A DNA stretch of 64,000 bases from an uncultured Dehalococcoidia bacterium. GTDB lineage: Bacteria > Chloroflexota > Dehalococcoidia > Lucifugimonadales > Lucifugimonadaceae. The stretch covers positions 6,043-70,042 of the forward strand of contig CAJWWK010000005.1 in the NCBI GenBank assembly GCA_913048295.1, read 5' to 3'. The notes beneath the pieces were generated by a model. That model was not told the DNA's origin. It saw nothing but the letters and a program-made list of their open reading frames with translations, and ran no database searches. The translations under genes were made by a program, and so were the position numbers. Positions 19,922 to 29,148 of this stretch are shown piece by piece. How positions within the stretch are numbered: position 1 is the first letter of the stretch; the number at the start of each line of letters is the position of its first letter.

Positions 19922-20809
19922 TCACTCCCCGGGCGGTGGAACGACGACTTTGTCGTAAGGGTGGCGTGACCCGACCATGCCCGAGTGCTCGAACACGTCG
20001 AGGGCGGCGGTGTACAGGTCCTCTTCGACAGTGATACCCCCGTCCCACGTGCCCAGCTTCTGGTAGAAGCCAACCGCCGCTGCAATCGCACTCTCGGCCA
20101 TGTCGGGGAAGAAACTCGCCTCGGCGCGGGCGACTTCGGCGGGGTCTGCTGTGTTCACCCACTCGCGAGTTGACCTGTAGGCAGCAGCAAAACGCTTCGC
20201 ATCGTCGGTGCTGAGCCAGTCCCAACGGCAAACCAGACTCGAAAATGCAACCGGTCCGACCGCTTCTCCCACCGAAGCGACAATATGCCCTGCGCCATCG
20301 TGCTCAAGCTGCTGGGGGAAGGCTCCCTGCTCGTGGAAATAATCGCCTTCGCCATTTTTCCACTGGGCGACCATCTCATCGCCCCCGCCCGAGGCAATGT
20401 CGTCGACATCGGCGAGGTCTACTCCCTCCCGGTGAGCGCCGTAGCGGAGCATCGCTTCCGGCTGGCCACCGTGCACATGAAGGAACTTGCCGTGGAGCAG
20501 CTTGTGCCATGAAAAGTCTGAATCCGGCTCTCTGGCCGCAATGAAAAAGCCGTCGTACCGGTTGATCTGGGCGAACTGTGCGAATGCGGGTTTTTCGCCC
20601 TTATCGAGCGCGACCCAGCTCGCCGAAACCGCCGCCTGTGCAACGTCCATCCGCCCCTCGGCCACCGCTCCACCGCTGCTGCTGCCGGCTTCGACGACGT
20701 GATACTCGCCCGTAAGACCTTCCTTTTCCAGAAACCCCCCGGCGATCGTGCAGATAAGTGGACTGTAGAAGGCCGAGTGGCGAGACGCCATCAGGCGGAT
20801 TGTGGTCAT
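19922..20809 (-). CDS. ABC-type (NitT/TauT/NMT1-like) substrate-binding-fold protein
   Basis: SRHSAFYSPL...GFLEKEGL and DGFFIAAR; no signal peptide and no adjacent permease. Confidence 0.75.
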   Translation of the reverse strand: MTTIRLMASRHSAFYSPLICTIAGGFLEKEGLTGEYHVVEAGSSSGGAVAEGRMDVAQAAVSASWVALDKGEKPAFAQFAQINRYDGFFIAAREPDSDFSWHKLLHGKFLHVHGGQPEAMLRYGAHREGVDLADVDDIASGGGDEMVAQWKNGEGDYFHEQGAFPQQLEHDGAGHIVASVGEAVGPVAFSSLVCRWDWLSTDDAKRFAAAYRSTREWVNTADPAEVARAEASFFPDMAESAIAAAVGFYQKLGTWDGGITVEEDLYTAALDVFEHSGMVGSRHPYDKVVVPPPGE

Positions 20810-20926
20810 TTGGAGGTCCTTTGGCACTGGGATACTGGAAATACCGGGCACATATTGCACCAGCGGCTTTTTGAGCCGGGGCAACGCGCGCTGGCAGCGA
20901 TTCTATACCGAGGTAGCACGTGTGAT

Positions 20927-22356
20927 TTACTGCCAGATGAGTAACTGACCGTCGGTCGTCACAACGCCCAGTCCAATCCTGTTTTCAGCTCCGTCTGGTA
21001 TTTCAACCGTCGCCAGGTTCGTGGCAAGTGGAGAACCTAGCGAGAGTTGCCACACCTCCGCAACCCCATCCTCGCTCCGGCGCAGGGCCGCCAGCGATTG
21101 TCGGTCACGCGATGGCACCAGCAGTTCGACATTGCCGTCACCATCGAAATCACCGGCACTCGCCATGTCGAGGTTCCGGGACCCGTTTACGTGCGACGAG
21201 TATTTCCGGGGAGCGATGCAACCAGTTCCAGCTTCCCTTCGGCCAGCCGGTAAAACTCGGCCACCCCGCCAATATGCGGAGTCTTGATTGTCGCCAACTC
21301 CATCGCGTCATCCGGGCCAAACGGTGCGACGGCCACCTGGTGTGTCCAGCGGAACCCTGTCCCGGTAGGCTCCGATACGGCCACTACTTCAACGATAGTA
21401 CCGACCCTTTTCATTACGACCAACATCGCCCCCGTAGTCGGGTTGCTTACGGTACCGATAATTTCCTGCTCGCCGTCCTGATCGATATCGGCGAGCATCG
21501 GGTAAAGTCCCTCGAAAACATCGGTTTCTTCCAGTAAAGGGTGGGTCGCCTCGGCCCCGTCAACGGTCGGGACCGCCCACATCCCGCCCCATTCGATTGG
21601 ATCGCCGATAGCGCCGTGGGGATACCGGTCGGTCGAGTCGGCATACGAGTAAAGCGTCGAATCGTCACTGATCATGAACGTGGCGTCGGGGGCATTTTGC
21701 AAAGAAATCGACGTTGTCGAATCTCCACGGTCGATCCTCAGCTCTCCGGTACCAAGTTCGCCCTCGCTGAATTCAACCTGTGCATCTGGCAGCAGCGTGG
21801 TGAGGCCATCGACCGCCCTCGTGGTTGTCAGTCGAATCTGCCCGTTAGTACCGACTATGAGCACCGGAGGTACCAGCGAAAAGTCTCCTGAGGAAGAATC
21901 GACCGGCAGTTCGACCGAATCCCCGTCTGACCCGACCCTGTAGCCAACGGAATTCCCGTCATTTCCGGTCACGACCCACACAACCCCGCCGTCCGGGTGA
22001 ACCGCGGCATTCAACCAGACCGGAGAGTCGATTACTCCAGATACGTCGATGCGGATGGGCGTTGCTGGTAGTTCACCCTTCCCCGGCAAATACCGGTTTC
22101 CTGAAGGCTGACTGTAGGTGAATCCGACCGCGTGGACTTCTGTGCCGCCAGGGTCGACGATCGGTCCACCGGTCTCGCTGGTCTCGGCTGGTCCCAGAGT
22201 TTTCGGTCCCTCTTCGGCTGCTGAACCCCCGCAGGCAGTAACGGCTATCACAGAAACGGCCGCCAGCGTAAGCTTCAACAATCTCTCACGCCGCGAAGTT
22301 GCGGCACGGTACAACCCGCCACTAGCCTTCGTCATTATTTTCAAAAACTGGTTCAC
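20927..22356 (-). pseudogene. FG-GAP/VCBS-like repeat lipoprotein, frameshifted near 21203
   Basis: Lipobox VTAC; DIDQDGEQEI and DFDGDGNVEL repeats lie in different frames; shifting frame gives YSSHVNGSRNLDMASAGDFDGDG. Confidence 0.7.
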
Positions 22357-22486
22357 CTACGGGCTAGCAAGCGATTAAAATCGGCTGTGAAACTGCAAAC
22401 GCCCATTGGCGATTGGCGACTGGCGATAATGGTCACCTGGCCTCGGTGCCAGATGGAAACGAACCAAGAAAGCGACTTCAGCCCCT

Positions 22487-23659
22487 ATGTCCAGCCTTCG
22501 GATTACAAAGATAGAAGTCCACGAATTCACCTTTCCAATGAACGATGTGGGCAAAGACTACAACGGCTTTAACCTAGTCTACGAAAAGGGTTCAACGCAG
22601 ACCGGCTACGCCTACGCCATGAAAATTCACACCAACGAGGGTGTCACAGGTGAGTACGTCGGTGGCGATTCCCCCAGTTTTGCCGAGCTGAACATGTTCG
22701 CCAACTACCTGATCGGCAAAGACCCACTCCAGCGCGAACTGATTTACAACGACGTGAAACGCGCCATGCGCAAGTACGACAAGATGGGACTCGGCCCGGT
22801 CGATATCGCACTGTGGGACCTCGCAGGAAAGCTCTACAACGCACCGATCTACGAACTGCTTGGCGGATGGCGTACGAAGCTCAAGTGCTACGCATCGACC
22901 ATGCATGGCGACCGCAACGGAGGCCTGGACTCGCCAGAGGCGTTTGCAGATTTTGCGGTGCAGTGCAAGGAAATGGGCTACCCCGCGTTCAAGATTCATG
23001 GCTGGGGCGACTACAAAATCCAGCAGGAAATCGACATGATCCACGCTGTCAGGGCCGCAGTCGGCCCCGAGATGGACCTCATGCTCGACCCTGCCTGCGA
23101 AATCAACACCTGGCTGGAAGCTGTAAAGATCGGTAAGGCCTGCGATGAAGCCAACTACATGTGGCTGGAAGACCCCTATAAAGACACCGGCGTTTCTATG
23201 CACGGGCACAAAAAACTCCGGGAGATCATCAAGACCCCGCTGCTGCAGACCGAACACATCCGGGGCGTCGAGCAGCACGTAGATTTCATTGCCAGTGGCG
23301 CAACCGACATCGTTCGTGTCGATCCCGATTACGATTCGGGGTTCACCGGAGCAATGAAGATCGCCCACGCTGCCGAGGGGTTCGGGTTAGACGTAGAAAT
23401 TCATTCACCCGGTCCGGCCCAGCGCCACCTGATGGCCGCCCTTCGCAATACGAATTACTATGAGATGGCCCTCATACATCCAAAGACCGAACAGATCGGC
23501 CGACCCCACGAGGTCTACGCCGATGGGTATCGGGACGCAATGGATTCGATCGATTCCGAGGGCTACGTACCGGTACCGCAGGGAGACGGCCTGGGGGTGA
23601 CTTACGACTGGGACTTCATTATGAAAAACCGCCAGGGTGGACGCGAATATGGCGGGTAA
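22487..23659 (+). CDS. Mandelate racemase/muconate lactonizing enzyme (enolase superfamily)
   Basis: DIALWDLAGK...PIYELLGG, FKIH (KxH), LMLD, WLEDP and TE metal ligands. Confidence 0.9.
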   Translation: MSSLRITKIEVHEFTFPMNDVGKDYNGFNLVYEKGSTQTGYAYAMKIHTNEGVTGEYVGGDSPSFAELNMFANYLIGKDPLQRELIYNDVKRAMRKYDKMGLGPVDIALWDLAGKLYNAPIYELLGGWRTKLKCYASTMHGDRNGGLDSPEAFADFAVQCKEMGYPAFKIHGWGDYKIQQEIDMIHAVRAAVGPEMDLMLDPACEINTWLEAVKIGKACDEANYMWLEDPYKDTGVSMHGHKKLREIIKTPLLQTEHIRGVEQHVDFIASGATDIVRVDPDYDSGFTGAMKIAHAAEGFGLDVEIHSPGPAQRHLMAALRNTNYYEMALIHPKTEQIGRPHEVYADGYRDAMDSIDSEGYVPVPQGDGLGVTYDWDFIMKNRQGGREYGG

Positions 23660-24587
23660 GACCGCACTGGTAACGGGCGCTGCCGGATTCATCGGGTCGC
23701 ACCTTGTAGACCGTCTTATTTCGGACGGTTACATGGTTGTCGGCATCGATGACCTCTCATCCGGAAAACTTGAGAACCTCCCGGCCGAGTTTGATCTGCG
23801 GAAAATGGACATCCGCGACCGCGAACTGCGCAGCGTCATCGCTGAAATCCGACCCGACACGGTCTTTCACCTGGCGGCGCAAATGAGCGTTTCCGTATCC
23901 GCAAAAGAGCCGATGCTCGACGCAGACGTAAACATTGGCGGTTCGCTGAACCTGCTCGAGGGAATCCGGGCACTGGGCGACAACGTTGCCAGGTTCGTTC
24001 ACTTCTCATCAGGTGGGATGGTCTACGGGGAGCCGTCAGTGCTCCCGGCGGACGAATCGACTCCCCCGCGGCCGCTTTCGCCATACGGCGCGTCCAAACT
24101 GGCAACGGAAACCTACCTGCCGATTTATGAGAGGCTCTGCGGGCTGCAGTACTCGATTGTGCGTCTTGGTAACGTTTACGGCCCCCGGCAGGACCCCCAT
24201 GGCGAAGCCGGTGTGGTGGCGATTTTCACAAAGGCGATGCTCACCGGGAAGCCGCTGACGATTTTTGGCGACGGGAACGACGAGCGCGACTACGTGTACG
24301 TGGCCGATGTCGTCGACGCCGTTATCATGGCCGCCGACAGCGGCAAGCCTGGCCCGTTCAACGTTGCAACCGGAATCGGCACCAACCCCAATCGAATATT
24401 TCAGCTGGTTGCCGGTTTCTGTAATTACTCTGAAAAGGCCGTTTACGGGCCGCCGCGACCGGGCGATGTCAACCGCATTTTTTTGGATGTGGCGAAGGCT
24501 AAAGCCGAACTGGGTTGGACCCCGCAGGTTTCGCTGGAAGATGGACTGAAGACCACCGTCGAATGGTTCAAGCGGCAGTGCAACTAG
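23649..24587 (+). CDS. NAD-dependent epimerase (UDP-glucose 4-epimerase-like)
   Basis: TGAAGFIG, HLAAQ, YGASK (YxxxK) and NVYGPRQDPHGEAGVV motifs. Confidence 0.9.
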   Translation: MAGKTALVTGAAGFIGSHLVDRLISDGYMVVGIDDLSSGKLENLPAEFDLRKMDIRDRELRSVIAEIRPDTVFHLAAQMSVSVSAKEPMLDADVNIGGSLNLLEGIRALGDNVARFVHFSSGGMVYGEPSVLPADESTPPRPLSPYGASKLATETYLPIYERLCGLQYSIVRLGNVYGPRQDPHGEAGVVAIFTKAMLTGKPLTIFGDGNDERDYVYVADVVDAVIMAADSGKPGPFNVATGIGTNPNRIFQLVAGFCNYSEKAVYGPPRPGDVNRIFLDVAKAKAELGWTPQVSLEDGLKTTVEWFKRQCN

Positions 24588-24965
24588 GCACTTTTTTTCC
24601 CCGAAAGTCGTCGCCCAGCGCACCCGCTCGATGAGGTCGTCGACCGCCCACGGTTTCGATATGTAATCGACAGCGCCCATCGAACGCGCTTTCTCGAGGT
24701 CTTCATCCTCACTCAGCGCCGAAGAAATGATAACTGGAATTTGTGACGACTCCGGGTTAGATTTCAGTTGTGCGAGGGTGTCCCAACCGTCCATTCCTGG
24801 CATCATCAGGTCGAGGATGATCAGATCGGGATTGGCATCCTTCACCCATGAACTGACACTCGTACCGTCCGCTGCCTCGACGACCTCATGCCCTGCCCGC
24901 TGTAGAACTGCGACCAGCAGCAGCCGAATATCCGACTTATCGTCCACCACAAGTACTCGTACCAA
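24584..24965 (-). CDS. Single-domain response regulator; native stop probably lost by a homopolymer indel
   Basis: VVDD, LDLMMPGMDG, SA and KP receiver motifs; AGGAGG RBS; out-of-frame TAG at 24584-24586 just after a G4A7 tract. Confidence 0.8.
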
Positions 24966-25001
24966 AGCAACCTCCTGTTAGGTCCCGTCACTGGTCACAA
25001 T

Positions 25002-25242
25002 TCATCCCGAACGGGCCTGAAGTTCCTGATCACCCAGCGGCAGCACTACGGTAAATGTCGAGCCGGCACCGAGTTCACTCGACACCGTCAAAATCCCGCC
25101 ATGCTCCTCGACTATCGACTTGGTCAGGACCAGTCCAAGCCCCATCCCCGGCATTTGCAGCGCTTCAGGATTGGTCGAGCGGAAAAACGCCGACCAGAGG
25201 CGTCAGGCGCTGCAAAATTCTTGTATTGGGAGAATTAATCAT
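25002..25242 (-). pseudogene. Sensor histidine kinase remnant (HATPase_c C-terminus only)
   Basis: 25202-25002 translates to RLWSAFFRSTNPEALQMPGMGLGLVLTKSIVEEHGGILTVSSELGAGSTFTVVLP...; GGAG+ATG at 25242 is in another frame. Confidence 0.85.
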
Positions 25243-25503
25243 CACTCCAGTTCAGCCCATAGAGTCAATCACCGATGTATGTCCCAAATCCATCGGCATG
25301 GTCCGCTTCTATATATCCACCTCCAAAGATATTTGTCGCAATCCGGTTCTACATCGGCCATTCCCTGAGTCGGGTTGCGTGTAACACAAGGTGGTTCCAC
25401 CGATACCCACAAAAAGCATCCGACCGCTGTGGTCGGTCGTTATGCTTTATCGATCATGTATTCGGCCGAACCGCCAGACACCCCCAAAACCTTCAGTACG
25501 CGG

Positions 25504-27279
25504 ATGCGATCACACCTCGGCAAACGTGCCTTCCCCGTGATTCCGCAAACCGGCGTATTAGCGCTGATTGCCGCGTTGTTGGTTCTGACCCAGTGTTCCG
25601 GCGAAGCCACAGACAGCACTTCGACGCCCGCCAACCCGGTCGTCGCCAGTACCCCTGCCAGTACGCCTACGAGTCCAGCGAGCACGCTGACGCCGGCGCA
25701 GACACCGACTCCCGGCCCCACCGCCACTCCGTTCGTGACCCCTACCGTAATCCCATCACCAACATCGCTCGTTCCCCCCGAAGCCCTCGAGCGGGGAGGC
25801 GTGTTGCGGTTTGCGGTGCCCGAGGGACCTCCGCACATGGACCCGCACCTGACAGTTTCAGCGGCTTTGCTTACCTGGGGCGGGGGGCAGTCTTACTCGC
25901 GGCTGTTCAAGTTCGACACCGTGGGAGGAAGTGCGGTGGTCGTATGCGATCTCTGTGCATCGTGGCAACAGTTGTTCCCGACCACATTCAGAATCAAGCT
26001 GCGTGAAGACGTCAGGTGGCAGAACCTGCCGCCGCTAAATGGACGAAAACTTACCGCACAGGATGTCGTTTTCAGTTTGAAACGGCAGGCTACACCGGGC
26101 TTCCCGAACGCTGCCATTCTCTCAAATATCACTGAATTCACAGCCGTGAGCGAATCGGAAATTATTATCAGGCTCGCTGCACCAGATTCGGAAACTCTGG
26201 AAAAACTCGCCGACTCACACTCCAGGATTGTCGCTCCCGAAGTGGTTCTGGCAAATGGCGATCTCCGCCGCGGCCCGACAGTCGGGACCGGCCCCTGGAT
26301 CACATCGGAAGCACAGTCCGACCGTACGATCCTGCTCGTGAATCCAGACTATTTCGACGATGATCTGCCTTATCTGGACGCACTTGAGATACAGGTGGTC
26401 CCATCGGAATCGGCCCGCGTCGCGGGAATGCGGGTACGGATTATCGATATCGCACAAGCCAGCTACGCGGCAATCTCCGATGCCGCTGACAGCTTCGACG
26501 CCATCGAGTGGGTGGGAATCTCGAACCCGGCGGCAGGTGTAGAGATCGCGCTGAATACGGGCCGCGGCCCGATGGACACGCTGGCGATACGGGAAGCGAT
26601 GATGCTGACATGGGACCCCGAAGCCTGGAATAACGATTTCTGGGACGGCCAGGCGCGTCTCAGCGTCGGCCTGCCCGATTTGGGAATCGGTGCGGGTAGG
26701 CTACTGCCGGAGATTGTGTTTACAGACCGCTTCAACGACCCGGCGAGTGCCAGTTCAAGACTTTCGACGACGGGACTGGTATCGGCCGAAAACGTGATTA
26801 TCAAGGTTGGTGAATTCGGTCAGAATTACATCGACCAGGCGTTCGCAATGGCCGACGGCCTCGCCTCGGTCGGGATTCACGCGGACGTCGAGCGAGTATC
26901 GACGCGAACCTTCGGGGACGAAGTCTGGATCGGCGGGGACTTCGATATTGCGGTGGGAGCGCCCCCGCCGGTTTCAAGTACGACCGCCTACCTGTACGCG
27001 GTGCATCACTCAGACGGGCCGTGGAACTCCACCGGTTACACCGACCCCGAAATCGACAGGCTGATCGAAGCCCAGGCCCGCGAATACGACATCGTAAAAC
27101 GGACGGAGTTGCTGCTCGAACTACAGCGGCGAATCCTCGGCGGTTCACACCGGTTCATCTCGGCGACCCGGACGACGTACTGGATGTGGTGGGATTATGT
27201 GCACGATTTCGATCCGCGCACTCCGCGGGGCGATAGCGATTTTCTGACCCGTGTATGGGTAACCGCGCGACCGGCGTAA
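25504..27279 (+). CDS. Family 5 ABC substrate-binding lipoprotein (orphan)
   Basis: Lipobox LTQC, Thr/Pro linker, RGGVLR, NGRKLTAQDVVFS, VGTGPW and LPYLD motifs; start codon uncertain. Confidence 0.88.
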   Translation: MRSHLGKRAFPVIPQTGVLALIAALLVLTQCSGEATDSTSTPANPVVASTPASTPTSPASTLTPAQTPTPGPTATPFVTPTVIPSPTSLVPPEALERGGVLRFAVPEGPPHMDPHLTVSAALLTWGGGQSYSRLFKFDTVGGSAVVVCDLCASWQQLFPTTFRIKLREDVRWQNLPPLNGRKLTAQDVVFSLKRQATPGFPNAAILSNITEFTAVSESEIIIRLAAPDSETLEKLADSHSRIVAPEVVLANGDLRRGPTVGTGPWITSEAQSDRTILLVNPDYFDDDLPYLDALEIQVVPSESARVAGMRVRIIDIAQASYAAISDAADSFDAIEWVGISNPAAGVEIALNTGRGPMDTLAIREAMMLTWDPEAWNNDFWDGQARLSVGLPDLGIGAGRLLPEIVFTDRFNDPASASSRLSTTGLVSAENVIIKVGEFGQNYIDQAFAMADGLASVGIHADVERVSTRTFGDEVWIGGDFDIAVGAPPPVSSTTAYLYAVHHSDGPWNSTGYTDPEIDRLIEAQAREYDIVKRTELLLELQRRILGGSHRFISATRTTYWMWWDYVHDFDPRTPRGDSDFLTRVWVTARPA

Positions 27280-27287
27280 AAACGGAT

Positions 27288-27405
27288 CCCCTCTCCCTCG
27301 GAGGGAGAGGGTTAGGGTGTGGGTGAACGCCTCCCGGGGGAGGCAACCTGAGGCGAATTATACTTTCACCCACCCTCTAACTCCCTCCCTCAAAGGGAAG
27401 GAGGA
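27288..27405. repeat. REP-like palindromic element, two inverted units
   Basis: CCCCTCTCCCTCGGAGGGAGAGGGTTAGGGTGTGGGTG plus a degenerate inverted copy CACCCACCCTCTAACTCCCTCCCTCAAAGGGAAGGAG, between convergent genes. Confidence 0.7.
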
Positions 27406-27415
27406 CAGGCCTCGT

Positions 27416-27886
27416 CTACTTCGCCAGGTGTTCTTTCAGTGCGTCGTCCAGGCCCACCCAGCTGAGCAGCGCACACTTAATGCGTATGGGGAACTTGCGC
27501 ACCCCGCCGAGGGCTTCGATATCGCCCAGCACATCGCGCTCTTCTTCGGATAATTCCTCGCCCTGCAGCAGACGTCGAAATGAACTTACTGATGCACGGA
27601 CTTCGCCAGATTTCTTGCCTTCGACGAGTTCCGCCAGCAGAGAAGCAGACGCCTGGCTGATGGCGCAGCCCCGACCGGTAATTCCCACCGCCGTTACCGC
27701 GTCATTCTCGACTTTCATCTGGATCTGAAATTCATCGCCACAAAACGGGTTGTTCACTTCCAGATCGATATCGGGCGAATCTACAGGATCGGTGTTGCGC
27801 GGGTTTCGGTAGTGGTCGAGGATGATCGCCTCGTACAGGTCGTCAAGTTCGCCGAGACTACCAGAACCGGACGTGTTCCCCATCAT
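27416..27886 (-). CDS. sufU: SUF system NifU-family protein SufU
   Basis: ILDHYRNPRN, NPFCGDE, GCAISQAS and RIKCALL motifs. Confidence 0.93.
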   Translation of the reverse strand: MMGNTSGSGSLGELDDLYEAIILDHYRNPRNTDPVDSPDIDLEVNNPFCGDEFQIQMKVENDAVTAVGITGRGCAISQASASLLAELVEGKKSGEVRASVSSFRRLLQGEELSEEERDVLGDIEALGGVRKFPIRIKCALLSWVGLDDALKEHLAK

Positions 27887-29148
27887 CGGACAAAATACCT
27901 CTCGGTGTCATTTATGCCGCTCACCAGCGCGTCGATTTCCGTCTTCGTGTTGTACACGTAGAAGCTCGCGCGCGCCGCTGCGACAACATCGTAGCTGCGG
28001 ATCAGCGGCATCGCACAGTGGTGCCCTGTTCTGATCGCAATCCCCTGCTGGTCAAGCGCGGTGCCCAGGTCGTGCGGGTGGATCTTATCGTGCACGAACG
28101 AGATCACTCCGCCCCTCAGCGCAGGGTCTTCCGGGCCGAAGATCGTGATGCCATTCAACGCAGTCAGCCTATCCAGTGCGTAGGCCGTGAGTTGCTGTTC
28201 GTGTTCCCACACGTTATCCATCTCGAGGTCCGTCAGGTAGTCGACCGCCACGCCGGTCGCGATCGCATCGGCAATGTTCGGTGTGCCAGCCTCGAACTTG
28301 TACGGCAGTTCGTTCCATTTGGCGTCCTCGTACGTGACCTCCAAGATCATGTCGCCGCCGAACATAAACGGCGGCATTTCGTCCAGCAGGTCGTACTTGC
28401 CGTAAAGCACGCCGATGCCTGTCGGTCCCAGCATCTTGTGCGCTGAGAAGCAGAGAAAATCTGCATCGATGGCCTGGACGTCGACCGCCATGTGGGGAAC
28501 GCTCTGTGCCGCGTCGATGAGAATCACTGCCCCCACTTCGTGCGCTCTGTTCGCCAGTTCCGCAACCGGATTCACCGTGCCCAGCACGTTCGATATGTGT
28601 GTCGCAGACACAATTTTAGTTCGCGAATCGATGGTCGATTCGATATTCGCCATATCGAGCAGGCCGTCTTTGCCCGCAGCAAGGTACCGGAGCTCGGCGT
28701 GTTTGCGGGCCGCAAGCTGCTGCCACGGCACGATGTTCGAGTGGTGCTCCATCGCGGTGATGACGATGTTGTCGCCCTCGCCGACATTCTTATCGGCCCA
28801 GGTCGCGGCCACGAGGTTCAGCGATTCGCTGGTGTTGCGCGTCCAGATAACCGTCTCGGGCCGGGGGGCGTTAATGAATTTTGCGACTTTGGCCCTGGCG
28901 ACCTCGTAGGCATCAGTGGCCTCGATCGAGAGGGTGTGCACGCCGCGGTGGACGTTGGAGTTCGTCTGCTCATAGTAGTTGGAGATGGCATCGATCACCT
29001 GCCGGGGCTTCTGCGTGGTCGCAGCGTTATCCAGATAAACCAGTGGATGATCGTTTATTTTTCGGGACAGAATCGGAAAATCTGCGCGGACAGTCGCGAC
29101 ATCGAACTCGCGGCCGCTGAGTTTCGTGCCTGGACCGGTGATGCTCAT
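27883..29148 (-). CDS. sufS: Cysteine desulfurase SufS
   Basis: YLDNAATTQKP, SAHKMLGPTG and RTGHHCA motifs. Confidence 0.95.
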   Translation of the reverse strand: MSITGPGTKLSGREFDVATVRADFPILSRKINDHPLVYLDNAATTQKPRQVIDAISNYYEQTNSNVHRGVHTLSIEATDAYEVARAKVAKFINAPRPETVIWTRNTSESLNLVAATWADKNVGEGDNIVITAMEHHSNIVPWQQLAARKHAELRYLAAGKDGLLDMANIESTIDSRTKIVSATHISNVLGTVNPVAELANRAHEVGAVILIDAAQSVPHMAVDVQAIDADFLCFSAHKMLGPTGIGVLYGKYDLLDEMPPFMFGGDMILEVTYEDAKWNELPYKFEAGTPNIADAIATGVAVDYLTDLEMDNVWEHEQQLTAYALDRLTALNGITIFGPEDPALRGGVISFVHDKIHPHDLGTALDQQGIAIRTGHHCAMPLIRSYDVVAAARASFYVYNTKTEIDALVSGINDTERYFVR

